A stretch of DNA of 64,000 nucleotides from an uncultured Actinomycetota bacterium (GTDB lineage: Bacteria > Actinomycetota > Actinomycetes > JAHEKZ01): assembly GCA_963712425.1 (NCBI GenBank), contig CAVQHW010000004.1:308390-372389 (forward strand), read 5' to 3'. The notes beneath the pieces were generated by a model, which saw nothing but the letters and a program-made list of their open reading frames with translations, ran no database searches and had not been told where the DNA came from. A program made the translations under genes and the position numbers. Positions 22,730 through 33,368 of the stretch are shown piece after piece (the stretch's first letter is position 1; the number at the start of each line of letters is the position of its first letter).

Positions 22730-23404
22730 ATGGCTCCCCCCAGACCGCGCATCGAGGCGACACCCAACGGGCCCTACCGCCTCACTGGAGTGAGTCGGAT
22801 CCGCTGGCGAGAAAAGGTCTCCACCCCTCAGGGCGAGCCCATCACCTGGCGTGACGTCGAGGTGATCGCCGACGGCGACGAGGAGTACTGGCTCTGTCGC
22901 TGTGGAAACTCGCAGAACAAGCCATTCTGCGACGACAGTCACCTGCGGGTTGGCTTTGAGGCGACCGACGCTGCTGACCCCACTCCGCGTGCTGAGCGAG
23001 CCAAAGTAGTAGGCGGTGGCCAGGTCCAGTTGGTCGACGATCGCAGCATCTGCATCCACACCGGCTTCTGTGCCACCAAGCAGACGAACGCGTGGAAACT
23101 TGCCAAGAGCGAGTTGGACGCGTCCGGCAAGACCCAGCTTGTGGCTATGGCACATCAATGCCCGTCGGGCGCGATCTCGGTGCTCGTCGACGGCGACGAA
23201 GTAGAACCCGAGTTGCCAGTCGAGGTCGTGGTCGTACCGGATGGTCCGCTGTGGGTCACAGGCGGTGTAGAGGTTGTTCGCTCTGACGGGACCCCGCTAG
23301 AGGTTCGCAATCGCGCAACCGTCTGCCGGTGCGGTGCGTCGGATTCGAAGCCGCTCTGCGACGGCTCACACGCCAAGGTGGGCTTTACCAGCCGACCTTC
23401 CTAG
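22730..23404 (+). CDS. CDGSH iron-sulfur domain protein (CDGSH + divergent 4Fe-4S/DUF1271 + CDGSH)
   Basis: LCRCGNSQNKPFCDDSH, CIHTGFC...CPSGAI and CRCGASDSKPLCDGSH. Confidence 0.9.
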   Translation: MAPPRPRIEATPNGPYRLTGVSRIRWREKVSTPQGEPITWRDVEVIADGDEEYWLCRCGNSQNKPFCDDSHLRVGFEATDAADPTPRAERAKVVGGGQVQLVDDRSICIHTGFCATKQTNAWKLAKSELDASGKTQLVAMAHQCPSGAISVLVDGDEVEPELPVEVVVVPDGPLWVTGGVEVVRSDGTPLEVRNRATVCRCGASDSKPLCDGSHAKVGFTSRPS

Positions 23405-23479
23405 ACTTTCCCGTGTGCGCCTCGGTCTCGCAATATGCTCCGTGCAACACCACCTGCGAGATTGGCTAGGCCAGCAGAA

Positions 23480-26069
23480 GTGACATCGACACCCGACGCT
23501 CGTATTCGCACGCCTGATCAGCGACTGCGGGTCTTCGTCTCGTCCGCGCTCGAAGAGTTGGCAGACGAACGGGCTGCCGTGAGGCGAGCCGTTGAAACCC
23601 TGCGACTGACCCCGGTCATGTTCGAGCTGGGAGCTCGTCCGTACCCGCCAAGGGCGCTCTACCGCGCCTACTTGGAGCAGAGCCACGTCTTCCTCGGCAT
23701 CTACTGGCAGTCGTACGGCTGGGTGGCACCTGACGAGGACGTCTCAGGGCTCGAAGACGAGTACCGGCTCTCTAACGAACACCCCCGGCTGGTGTACATC
23801 AGGCGTCCGGCTGACGAACGACACGAGCGACTCGACGTGCTGCTGCGTCGCATCGAGGCGGACGACCAAGCGTCCTACCGGCAGTTCTCTCACACTGACG
23901 AGCTCGAGCGGCTCGTGCAAGACGACCTGATGGTGCTGCTGACCGAGCGATTCGAAGCAGGCGACTCGGCGTCCGAGGTGGTGCCGCGAAAGCCGGCGAC
24001 CGAACCGCCGGTGCCCATCACACCGATCGTGGGCAGGGATCGCGAGGCGGCAGAGATTCAGCGCCTGCTAGAAGGTGGCTGTCGCATCCTCACCCTGCTC
24101 GGTCCTGGCGGAGTCGGTAAGAGCCGGCTGGCGCTGGACGCCTGTCAGCCGCCGAACCCAGCATTCCCAGATGGCGTGGCGTTCGTCGCGTTGGAGCAGG
24201 TGGTCGATGCCTCCGATGTGATGCGTGTTCTCGTGAATAGCGTCGGCGCTTCGGTCGAGGGAGCACAACGTCCCCTGGACGTCGCCATCCGTCATTTGTC
24301 CGAACGACGAATGCTGCTGCTTATCGACAACTTCGAGCAGGTGCTCGAAGCCGGTGCAGATCTCACCACTCTGTTGGAGGCATGCCCGGGAGTCAGCGCT
24401 GTCCTCACGAGCCGTAGACCCTTGGGGGTGCGCGGCGAGCACCAGTTCGTGGTCGAACCGCTGCCGCTCCCGTCAACTTCCCCAAGCGTCGGCACCGCAA
24501 ACGAGGGTGTCGCAGCCGCCAACGACTCACCTGCAGTCGCACTATTCGTCGACCGAGCACAGCGGGTGCGTCCGGGGTTCGCACTCGATGATGACAACGC
24601 GGACGCCGTCGTCGAGTTGGTACGGCGCCTTGATGGGCTCCCCCTCGCGATCGAGCTAGCTGCGGCACGAACGAAGTTGCTGGAGCCCCATCAGTTGCTT
24701 GAGCGGTTCGAGCGGGGCATTGCCGGGGACATGTCCGCTGGGCATGACGTCCCCGCTCGCCAGCGAACCTTGCGCGCGACACTGGAGTGGAGCAACGCGC
24801 TGCTCACGCCAGCCCAGCAGACACTGCTTGCGCGGCTCAGCATCTTTGCCGATGGCGCAACGCTCGACGCCATCGAGTACGTGTGCGCCGGTGACCCAGT
24901 CGTCGATGTGGTCGAGGATTTGTCTGCCCTGCTCGACAACGGCCTCCTTCGCACCGATCGGCAGCGGGTCGAGGGCCAACCACGGTTTGTGCTGTTGTTG
25001 ATCGTCCGTGAGTTCGCTGCCGAGCAACTCGTCAGCCACGGCGAAACCGCAAGTGTCTCCGCGAAGTTCCTCGACTGGGCCATCGAAACGGCCGCGCTCG
25101 GTGATCCGCTCGTGCATCGCGACGCGCCGACTCGGTGGCCCGAACTACTGGTCGAGGCACGCAACCTCCGCCTAGCGGCGCAAATGCTGTTGGACGCAGG
25201 TGACTGGAGAGGTTTCATCAAGGCTCGCCGGCGGGGTGTTTCACTGGATCTATCGATTCGGTGACATCACCGTTTTCGCGGGGTGGGCTGAGCGTGCCCT
25301 CGCACTGTGCGGCGACCCTGCGACCAGCGAGGACCCCGTCGCGGCAGCAAGACTTTGTGCGGTGGTGTCATGGTCCCGCTTCCTTCTCGGGGACGTGGTC
25401 GGGTCGATTGCGGTGCAGGAACACCTCGACATGGACGTCGTCGCGGCGTCCGACCCGGCGTACGCCGCGCTGCTTCTTCAGCAGAAGGCGCTCGCCCTCC
25501 CGCTGAGGGATCGTGCCAACGAGGCACGAGAGGCTGCGGAGCGTTCTCTCGCGTTAGCGGACAGCGCGAGCGTTGATGCGCTGCGTGCATACAGCCATTC
25601 GTTCCTAGCCAATCTCGACCTCATCGAAGGTGAGTTCGAGTCGTCTGAGCAACACAGCCAGAGCTGCCTGTCGATTGCCCACGACGCCGGCCTCCACTCG
25701 CTCGCCGGCCAGCAGTCGGCCATGTTGGCGCTGGTCGAGATTGCCCAGGGACGCCTCGAGGACGCGCGAGGACACCTCTCCGCAGCGCTTGAGGTCGGCA
25801 GTCTCGAAGGCAGTCAGCTCGACGCGGCCGTCTTACTCGCACACGCCGCCGTCCTTGCCGCGGCAGAGGGAAATCCGAGTGACGCGGCACATCTTCGAGC
25901 TGTCGCCGACGCAACCATGACTCGGCTGGGGCTCGCTCATTGGCCGATGCTGGAGGCAGCACGCGCGGCAGCCATGGGCGATGCACCGCCTTGGGATGAC
26001 GTGGTGGCCAGCACCGAGATCCAGAACGCTGATCCTTGGGAGGAACTCGCCAAGGCGCTAGAAACGTAG
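23480..26069 (+). CDS. DUF4062 + STAND/NB-ARC-like ATPase + helical repeat protein (frameshift near 25222)
   Basis: DUF4062 N-terminus LRVFVSS..EL..ER...GLEDEY, Walker A GPGGVGKS, Walker B LLLIDNFE, GLPLAIELAA. ORFs 23435-25264 and 25200-26069 overlap and join into one protein. Confidence 0.82.
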
Positions 26070-26107
26070 TCGTTGCGGGAGGAGTAGTTACCCAGTCGAC
26101 GCGGACC

Positions 26108-26170
26108 TTCCGTCGCGGAGGCGACAGTCCGTCTGTCACCGAGATGACAGACGGACGTTCGGCGACGGAA
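26108..26170. repeat. Nested inverted repeat (operator or RNA stem-loop)
   Basis: GTCCGTCTGTCA-ccgaga-TGACAGACGGAC (26127-26156) is enclosed by TTCCGTCGC (26108-26116) and GCGACGGAA (26162-26170). Confidence 0.7.
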
Positions 26171-26220
26171 CACGATGGATCCAAGAGGCATACACCATCG
26201 CAATCCTCAAGGAGCCAATC

Positions 26221-26787
26221 ATGACCCCGTCATTCAACGCCACGGCCCGTCGCAGCGGAGTAACGCTGGCTGCAGCGTTCTTGCTCCTCGGATTGCTTGG
26301 GGGCACAGCCTCGGCTTTCTCATATTGGAAATCAGGCTCACCAGGAAACGTCAACAACAACGGGATGGCGGGCATGAATCTGACAGTGATGGATGGGGGG
26401 CGAACCATTCAAGAGTCCCCCGCCTACGCCAACCGAGACCAGAGGGTGTGCATCACCACTCGATTGTGGTCGGTCGTCTATGCCGGAGCTGGAACGTCTG
26501 ACTCCCCATTTTGGAAGATCAACCGACAGCACCAGCGCTGCGGCACAATCTCTGCAGCTGCGACGTCCATCCGTGACAACGGGGTCTACTTCCCCGACCT
26601 GAACCCTGGCACCTTCTACGCCGTCGACGTGGTGGTGAAGTGGAGATTGCTCAATGGAGCGGAGATCGGCTCCATGACGATGGACTGGAACGCCGCCGGC
26701 GACTACATCTGTTCCCAGTCAACCTGGCGCTGCAGCACCGGGCATGTCAACTGGGGCAGTCGCGATGCCTTCATCACCTTCAACTGA
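26221..26787 (+). CDS. Secreted hypothetical protein
   Basis: AAGGAG RBS, signal peptide ending GTASA, 4 Cys, Trp/Asn-rich. Followed by a strong hairpin. Confidence 0.75.
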   Translation: MTPSFNATARRSGVTLAAAFLLLGLLGGTASAFSYWKSGSPGNVNNNGMAGMNLTVMDGGRTIQESPAYANRDQRVCITTRLWSVVYAGAGTSDSPFWKINRQHQRCGTISAAATSIRDNGVYFPDLNPGTFYAVDVVVKWRLLNGAEIGSMTMDWNAAGDYICSQSTWRCSTGHVNWGSRDAFITFN

Positions 26788-26805
26788 ACAGACGGGGCGA
26801 ACCTC

Positions 26806-26841
26806 CCAACCGAACGGGCCGACCCCGGCCCGTTCGGTTGG
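26806..26841. terminator. Intrinsic terminator-like hairpin, possibly bidirectional
   Basis: Perfect 16-bp stem CCAACCGAACGGGCCG-accc-CGGCCCGTTCGGTTGG between the convergent secreted gene and tRNA-Pro. Confidence 0.7.
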
Positions 26842-26989
26842 TGGTTGCGCGTGGTCGACCTTCGTCGGCTCTCCGGTACTGAGTGAGGCCAGTGACCAAC
26901 CCGGGTGCATCTGGGACGGCTAGCGCCATCACCTACAAATTTTGACGCTGTCCTGTCTGGCCCCCCGCTTGTGACCTGCTGCTCTTCTG

Positions 26990-27063
<74 letters not shown>

Positions 27064-27136
27064 GTGCCCCTAAGGGCTCGCCAACCCTAACGCAACGACA
27101 CCGCTCAACCTGAATCGGGCGCCGCACGTCTAGGGG

Positions 27137-28084
27137 TCAACGCACTCCTGGTTCGTCGATCGTGAGAGTGCGCGCGTCAGCGTCAAGGGTCGCGTCGACG
27201 CCAAGCGGAATCGATGCCAAGTGGGGTCCATGGCCCAACGGCAACCCGTACAGAACTGGTACTCCCAGCGACGCCAGGTGAATGTCGAGAACGTCCTCGA
27301 GCGATCGGTCCTGCACAACGTCGGGATCTGGCTTGCCGCACCCATGCAGATCACTGACCACAACACCCGCAACCCGTTGTAGCACTCCGGCGTGATGCAT
27401 CTGCCAGAACATGACGTCGAAGTCGATCGCCTTGAGGTCGACGTCCTCAATGACCAGAATGCAGCCGTCGAGCTCGAGTTCGTACTCGGTGCCCATCAGG
27501 TGGTTGTACGTATAGAAGTTGCCACCGATGATCGGGGCGGTGACGCGGCCGCCGCTCAGCGGTCGCAGGTAACCGTCGTCCGGGCGCTTCGGGACGTTGC
27601 CCACTCCCCCGTCGGTGAGCGCTTTGATCGCTGAGTCCAGCGTGAATGCTTCGCGGTCAGCCGAACCGAACGAGCCAAATCCAGGCCCCTGAAAGCTGCA
27701 CAGCCCACTCTTCTTCAGGAGGGCAGCGTGAAGGTTCGTGATGTCGCTGAAACCCATCATTGCCTTCGGGTGCGCCGCCACGAGCTCGTAGTCGATGAGC
27801 GACAGCATCTCGATCGCACCGACGCCGCCCCATAGGCACAGGATGACGTCAATCTCGTCGTCTTCGAACAGCGCATGCATGTCATCGACGCGACCTTGTG
27901 CCGGCCCTGCGACATAGTCATGCCTGGCCCACACGCTGTCGGTCAATCGCACCTCGTAGCCGCGTGACTCGAACCACTCGACGGGACGCAGAACATCACT
28001 GCGGTTCTCATACGGGCCGGACGGCGCGAACACACCAACGGTTCCGCCTTCAGGAAGCGGACGCCCAAACTTGGTTGCTCTCAT
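27137..28084 (-). CDS. LD-carboxypeptidase / MccF-like peptidase (S66)
   Basis: APSGP, triad Ser (GFSDITNL), Glu (IEDV) and His (LGHG), plus GGN and IPLG. Confidence 0.9.
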   Translation of the reverse strand: MRATKFGRPLPEGGTVGVFAPSGPYENRSDVLRPVEWFESRGYEVRLTDSVWARHDYVAGPAQGRVDDMHALFEDDEIDVILCLWGGVGAIEMLSLIDYELVAAHPKAMMGFSDITNLHAALLKKSGLCSFQGPGFGSFGSADREAFTLDSAIKALTDGGVGNVPKRPDDGYLRPLSGGRVTAPIIGGNFYTYNHLMGTEYELELDGCILVIEDVDLKAIDFDVMFWQMHHAGVLQRVAGVVVSDLHGCGKPDPDVVQDRSLEDVLDIHLASLGVPVLYGLPLGHGPHLASIPLGVDATLDADARTLTIDEPGVR

Positions 28085-28110
28085 AGAGCGCAACCCTACG
28101 GGTGAAGCGA

Positions 28111-29458
28111 CTACTTCCTGCGCTTCTCGCGCACCTTCATGGTGACGTGGATCGGCGTTCCCACGAATCCGAACTCTTCGCGTAGGCGCCGTTCAATGAA
28201 TCGTCGGTAGCCCGACTCCAGGAAGCCAGACGTGAAGAGCGCAAACGTTGGAGGCCTGGTACCGGCCTGCGTCGCGAACAGAATGCGCGGTTGCTTGCCG
28301 CCGCGCACCGGGTGGGGGTGCTCGGCCACCAGACGTCCCAGGAACGCGTTGAGCTGAGACGTGGGCACGCGTGATGACCACCCCTCCAGCGCGGCATGGA
28401 GTGCCGGTACCAACTTCTCCATATGGCGCCCTGATGCCGCGGACACGTTTACCCGCGGCGCCCAATGCACACGCAACAGTTCGCGCTCGATCTCCTTCTC
28501 GAGGTAGTACCGCCGCTCATCGTCCATCAGGTCCCACTTGTTGTAGGCGATGACCAGCGCTCGCCCTGCCTCGACCACCATCGACAGGATGCGGGTGTCT
28601 TGCTCGCTGATCGGTTCACTCGCGTCGATCAGACACCACCGCGACTTCGGCCTTCGCCAACGCAGACTTTGTACGCAGGCTTGCGAAGTACTCGCTCCCG
28701 CTTGCCTCATGCACACGTCGACGGATGCCGGCAGTGTCCACGAACCGCCACTGCTCACCGCCGAGGTCGATGAGTTCGTCTACTGGGTCGACGGTCGTGC
28801 CGGCCACTGAGTCGACGACCACCCGATCTTCATCGGCCAGACGGTTCAGCAGACTCGACTTGCCAACGTTGGGTCGTCCGAGCAACGCCACCCGATGCGG
28901 GCCACCTTCAAGCGATACTGCCTCCGCTTCGTCTGGCAGCGCAGCAACAAGCGCGTCGAGCAGGTCTCCCGAACCACGTCCGTGAAGTGCCGAGACCGGA
29001 TAGGGCTCACCCAGCCCCAACGACCACAACGAAGCGGCCTCGAGCTCAGACCGCGCGTCGTCCACCTTGTTGGCAGCTAGGACGACGGGCTTCTTTGCAC
29101 GACGAAGCACCTGCACGACGGCCTCGTCGGTGTCGGTGATTCCGACCTCTGCGTCGACCACAAGCATGACGGCGTCAGCAGCTTCGACCGCCATCTCTGC
29201 TTGTGCAGCCACCCGTTTGGCGAGCCCTTGCGCGTCTGGCTCCCACCCGCCGGTGTCGACCACCACAAAGTCGCGCCCACCCCACGCTGCGTCATAGGCG
29301 ACCCGGTCGCGCGTGACCCCCGGTCTGTCCTCGACTACCGCCTCGCGCCGACCAAGGATTCGGTTCACCAACGTCGACTTGCCAACGTTTGGTCGTCCGA
29401 CCACTGCTACGACCGGCAGCGAGACGTCGGTGAGCGGAGCTTCTTCGAAGTCGCTCAC
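28111..29458 (-). CDS. der: Ribosome biogenesis GTPase Der/EngA (frameshift near 28635)
   Basis: Two GRPNVGKS P-loops, DTGG/DTAG, NKVD/NKWD, KH-like C-terminus. Split over ORFs 28616-29458 and 28111-28758 by one extra base in GTGGTG(T)CTGATC. Confidence 0.93.
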
Positions 29459-30156
29459 GATGTGACGTAGGTGGGGATGCGCTGCCGGACGAGGGCGATC
29501 ACTGCGTCAATGACTTCGTCCAGACTGAGCGAGGTCGAGTCGATGAGCACCGCGTCGTCGGCCTGAGTGAGGGGCGACAACTCGCGCGTCGAGTCTTGTC
29601 GATCGCGGTTACTCAACATCTCGGCAGTGCGCTCGACCGTGACCCCTTGGGCTCCTGCCAGCTCGGCGGTGCGCCGTTCGGCCCGCGCTTCTGTCGTGGC
29701 GACCAGGAAGACCTTGACTGCTGCGTCGGGGGCCACGACGGTGCCGATGTCTCGACCCTCGACGACGACCGGCCCGCGCTCCATGATCTCTCGCTGGATT
29801 GCCACTAGCCGGTCACGGACCTCTTTGACTGCACTCACGGCGCTCACCGAGGTCGTGACGTCGACGTCTCGGATCTCCGCGCTCACGTCGTTGCCGTTCA
29901 CGTAGACCGCGGGTGCCTCAGGGTCGACCGAGATATCGAGCGTCGGCTCGTCTACTCGCTTGCGGATGGCGTCCGCATCGTCGACGTCGACGCCCTGACC
30001 GATCAGCCACCAGGTCAAGGCCCGGTACATCGAGCCGGTGTCGACGTAGTGCCAGCGGAGCCGCTGGGCGACTGCACGGGCGGTACTCGACTTGCCAGAT
30101 CCGGAGGGGCCGTCGACGGCGACAGCGACGAGCGCGCCGGTCTCGTCGTGAACCAT
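29455..30156 (-). CDS. cmk: Cytidylate kinase
   Basis: [35 protein letters not shown] and RDRQDS. Confidence 0.95.
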   Translation of the reverse strand: MVHDETGALVAVAVDGPSGSGKSSTARAVAQRLRWHYVDTGSMYRALTWWLIGQGVDVDDADAIRKRVDEPTLDISVDPEAPAVYVNGNDVSAEIRDVDVTTSVSAVSAVKEVRDRLVAIQREIMERGPVVVEGRDIGTVVAPDAAVKVFLVATTEARAERRTAELAGAQGVTVERTAEMLSNRDRQDSTRELSPLTQADDAVLIDSTSLSLDEVIDAVIALVRQRIPTYVTS

Positions 30157-30264
30157 GTCGACCTCCTCGGCCTCCCGTCTGGACGTGCCTCAGCACGGAA
30201 GCCCAGGTGTGTCTAGTTGTGCGGTCGGCAGAGGGTACCGGTTAGGTGGGCAACACGTCGCCTT

Positions 30265-31356
30265 CTAGTGGTGGGACCAGCCGTCCTGCTGCAGTGCCTG
30301 AACCAGCGCCTCAGCCTGGCCCTGATGGACGGACAGCTCGATGATCCCCACCGGGTGACCCGGTGCGTGCTCAAGAGAGATGTCTTCCACGCTGGCACCG
30401 GCTTTGGCCACTGTGGTGAACAGGCGGGCGAGCGCCCCCGGCTCGTCGGGGATCAAGACAGGGACGACGGCGTACTCGGTGCGAGGGGCACCGTGTTTAC
30501 CTGGGATCTGTTGCTGCCCCTGTCGTCCGGCCAACAAAAAGCGCTCTATCGTTTTGTCGACTTGTTGGTTTGCCGACTCTGTCGAATCGGTGGCGGTCGC
30601 TCGGAGTGCCGCAGCCAACTCCGCCAGGTCGTCGGCCAACCGTTCGACCAGTGGCGCGATGTCGTCGGCGTTGCCCCCGAGGATGTCGACCCACAACCCC
30701 GGGTCTCCCCCCGCGACGCGAACGGTGTCTCGTAACCCTTGGCCGGCGAGCATCATCGCGACCTCGTCAGCTCCGCGAAGCTGACCGGCCACGGCACATG
30801 CCGCAACGTGTGGCAGATGCGAGACGAGCGCCACCGCCGCGTCGTGTCGCTCTGCGTCGACGTACACCGGGTCGGCTCCACAGTCGCGAACCAGCTGTTC
30901 GACGACGCCGACCCGATCGGCCTCGGAATCGCTCGAAGGACACAGTGCCCACGGTCGCGCGTCGAAGAGGTCGGCTTGAGATGCAGCTCCACCGGAGCGT
31001 TCCCGCCCAGCCATCGGATGACCCCCGACAAACCGATCCGAAATGCCCAAAGTTTCAGCGTGTAGTTGAGGTTCAGTCTTAATGCTCGAAACATCACTGA
31101 CTGTCGCCTGTGGGAAGAGGTGTGCCACGTTCTCCATGACCTCTCGCAGCGCACGCGGTGGCACAGCGAGCAACACGACGTCCGGCTGACCGTCGATCCA
31201 CCCACCCTCACCAGCTCCCAGCTCTGCTGCCAGGGACTGCGAGGCGGCATCGCGGTCAGCGATCCAGACCCGCCATGAGGACTTCGCCAGGGCGAGCCCC
31301 ACCGAGGTGCCCAACAGCCCCGCTCCGACGATCTGCAGGGAACGCCCCTCGGTCAT
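30265..31356 (-). CDS. tyrA: Prephenate dehydrogenase with ACT domain
   Basis: IVGAGLLGTS, DVSSIK, GGHPMAGRE, HDAAVALVSHLPH, and a C-terminal ACT domain (PDEPGALARL). Confidence 0.93.
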   Translation of the reverse strand: MTEGRSLQIVGAGLLGTSVGLALAKSSWRVWIADRDAASQSLAAELGAGEGGWIDGQPDVVLLAVPPRALREVMENVAHLFPQATVSDVSSIKTEPQLHAETLGISDRFVGGHPMAGRERSGGAASQADLFDARPWALCPSSDSEADRVGVVEQLVRDCGADPVYVDAERHDAAVALVSHLPHVAACAVAGQLRGADEVAMMLAGQGLRDTVRVAGGDPGLWVDILGGNADDIAPLVERLADDLAELAAALRATATDSTESANQQVDKTIERFLLAGRQGQQQIPGKHGAPRTEYAVVPVLIPDEPGALARLFTTVAKAGASVEDISLEHAPGHPVGIIELSVHQGQAEALVQALQQDGWSHH

Positions 31357-31712
31357 TGAGCGAGGTCCTGTCGCAGTACCTCTGCCCCGCGGAGGTAGAT
31401 GTGAACCACCTCAGAGCGAGGGCGGTCGAGTTCGGCGTGGGCCATCACCCGCACCACCCGAGGCAGGGCGCCCTCGACGTTGAGCTCTTGGGCGCAGATC
31501 AGCGGAACGTCACCGATCTCCAAGGTGCGAGCCGCGGCGGCGGGAAAGGCGCTCTTCAGGTCGGGGGTGCTCGTGAAGATCACACTCACCAGATCGTCGA
31601 TCACCAGCCCGTTGCGATCGAGCATCGCCGAGAGCAACTCGACCACCGCCGCCGACATCTCGGAGGGGTCGTCGGCCTGCAGTTGGGTCGCTCCCCTGAC
31701 GGCTCTGATCAC
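31353..31712 (-). CDS. aroH: Chorismate mutase, AroH class
   Basis: RAVRGATQL, FTSTPDL..FPAAAAR and HIYLRGAEVLRQDL. Confidence 0.93.
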   Translation of the reverse strand: MIRAVRGATQLQADDPSEMSAAVVELLSAMLDRNGLVIDDLVSVIFTSTPDLKSAFPAAAARTLEIGDVPLICAQELNVEGALPRVVRVMAHAELDRPRSEVVHIYLRGAEVLRQDLAQ

Positions 31713-31980
31713 GCGCGCCAGACTAGCGGCACCTCTCCTAAGCGAAGATTCGACACGGCGCTAAGTCGACTTATCGAGGTTCGCGATGTCGACATTCACG
31801 AACTCAGAAAGCGCGTGAGATACACCATCGGTTTGTCGACTTGCGGTGGCAAGTATCAGTCGAACGATGCCGCTCACGCGGACAATCGAGACCCGAGCAC
31901 CTCTTCGTCCACCCACAGAAACGCTGGTCGGCTTGTCGACAACGCAGACCGCCAACGCGCGCGCGTAGCCCAGCTACTGC

Positions 31981-32739
31981 TTATCGCTGAGTCGACAAAT
32001 CAACTTCATCAAGCAGTCGGCCCAGCTCCGCGCCGGTGATCCGACGTGCGTCTCCTGGCCGCAATCTGCCGAGCCGGATCGGTCCGAACTGCAGCCGCAC
32101 CAGTTGGCGTACCGGGTGCCCGACGTGGTCCATCAGGCGACGCACGACGCGGTTTCTTCCGACGTGCAAAGTGAGCTCGATCTGCGCTCGATCGCCGGAC
32201 TGATCGATCACCCGAACCGAGTCGAGTGCGACCGGGCCGTCGTCGAGCTCGACCCCGGCCCGCAGTTGAGACACCACCTCACGCCCGATGGGACCCTTCA
32301 CGACAGCCCGGTACACCTTGCGCACCCCGTACGAGGGGTGGGCCAGCCGATGAGCGGCCTCACCGTCGTTTGTCAGCAGAATCAGGCCCTCCGTTTCGAC
32401 GTCCAGCCGACCCACGTGGAAGAGCCGCTCTGAGCGGTCAGCCACCAGATCGCCCAGACTGGGACGGCCCTGCTCGTCTGCCATCGTGCTCACCGTCCCC
32501 AGCGGCTTGTTGACGGCCAGAAACACCTGACCCGACGCGACGGGTATCCGCTCGCCGTCAACGCGGATGACGGCGGTCTGAGGGTTCACCCGCATCCCCT
32601 GGACGCGCACGACAGCGCCGTCAACGGAGACCCGTCCCTCCTCGATGAGTTGCTCGGACGCCCGGCGACTGGCCACGCCGGCGTCCGCCAACACCTTCTG
32701 GAGGCGAATACCCTCAATGTTCGGTTTAGAGTTAGTCAC
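31981..32739 (-). CDS. rluB: 23S rRNA pseudouridine synthase with S4 domain
   Basis: RLQKVLADAGVASRRASE, NKPLG, VGRLDVETEGL and GRNRVVRR. Confidence 0.92.
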   Translation of the reverse strand: MTNSKPNIEGIRLQKVLADAGVASRRASEQLIEEGRVSVDGAVVRVQGMRVNPQTAVIRVDGERIPVASGQVFLAVNKPLGTVSTMADEQGRPSLGDLVADRSERLFHVGRLDVETEGLILLTNDGEAAHRLAHPSYGVRKVYRAVVKGPIGREVVSQLRAGVELDDGPVALDSVRVIDQSGDRAQIELTLHVGRNRVVRRLMDHVGHPVRQLVRLQFGPIRLGRLRPGDARRITGAELGRLLDEVDLSTQR

Positions 32740-33368
32740 AACTCGGCTTCAAGTGTCTCAAGATCAGGCAGGTAAGGCGCCAGTTCTGGGAGCTCATCGA
32801 GGGACGTCACTCCGAGCCGCTCGAGGAAGTACGTCGTCGTGCGGTAGAGGTGGGCGCCGGTCTCACCGTCGAAGCCGGTCTCTTCGACCAGCCCCCGCGC
32901 CAACAAGGTGCGCATGACGCCATCGACATTGACGCCGCGCACCGCTGAGATCCGCGCGCGTGACACCGGCTGTCGATAGGCCACGACCGCCAGCGTCTCG
33001 AGGGAAGCCTGGGTAAGGCGGGCCTGCTGACCGTCGAGGATGAACTTCTGCACCACCGCGTCGAACTCGGGGTTGCTGTAGAACCGCCATCCCCCGGCAA
33101 CCTCTCGCAACTGAAACCCGCGGCCCTGGTCGCGGTACTCGGTGGCAAGTTCTGCGCAAGCCGCCGCCACATCGTCTTCTGGACGTTGCAGCACCTGCGC
33201 CAACATCAGGGTGCTGACCGGCTCATCGACGACCATCACGATGGCCTCGATCGCTGAGGCTAGATCGAGGTCGCTCACGGGAGTGTCGGCAGTGGCGTCA
33301 TCGTCGACATCGACAACCACTTCAACCGTGTCGACCGGCTCCTCAACCGCGTTCTGTTCGCTGGTCAC
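32736..33368 (-). CDS. scpB: SMC-Scp complex subunit ScpB
   Basis: RGFQLREVAGGWRF, LTQASLETLAVVAYRQPVSR and YRTT.YFLE. Confidence 0.95.
   Translation of the reverse strand: MTSEQNAVEEPVDTVEVVVDVDDDATADTPVSDLDLASAIEAIVMVVDEPVSTLMLAQVLQRPEDDVAAACAELATEYRDQGRGFQLREVAGGWRFYSNPEFDAVVQKFILDGQQARLTQASLETLAVVAYRQPVSRARISAVRGVNVDGVMRTLLARGLVEETGFDGETGAHLYRTTTYFLERLGVTSLDELPELAPYLPDLETLEAEL

Noticed and set aside
28616-28758. der as a pseudogene or programmed frameshift
   Set aside because: der is essential, both halves are intact, there is no slippery site, and it is one of many similar single-base indels in the window.
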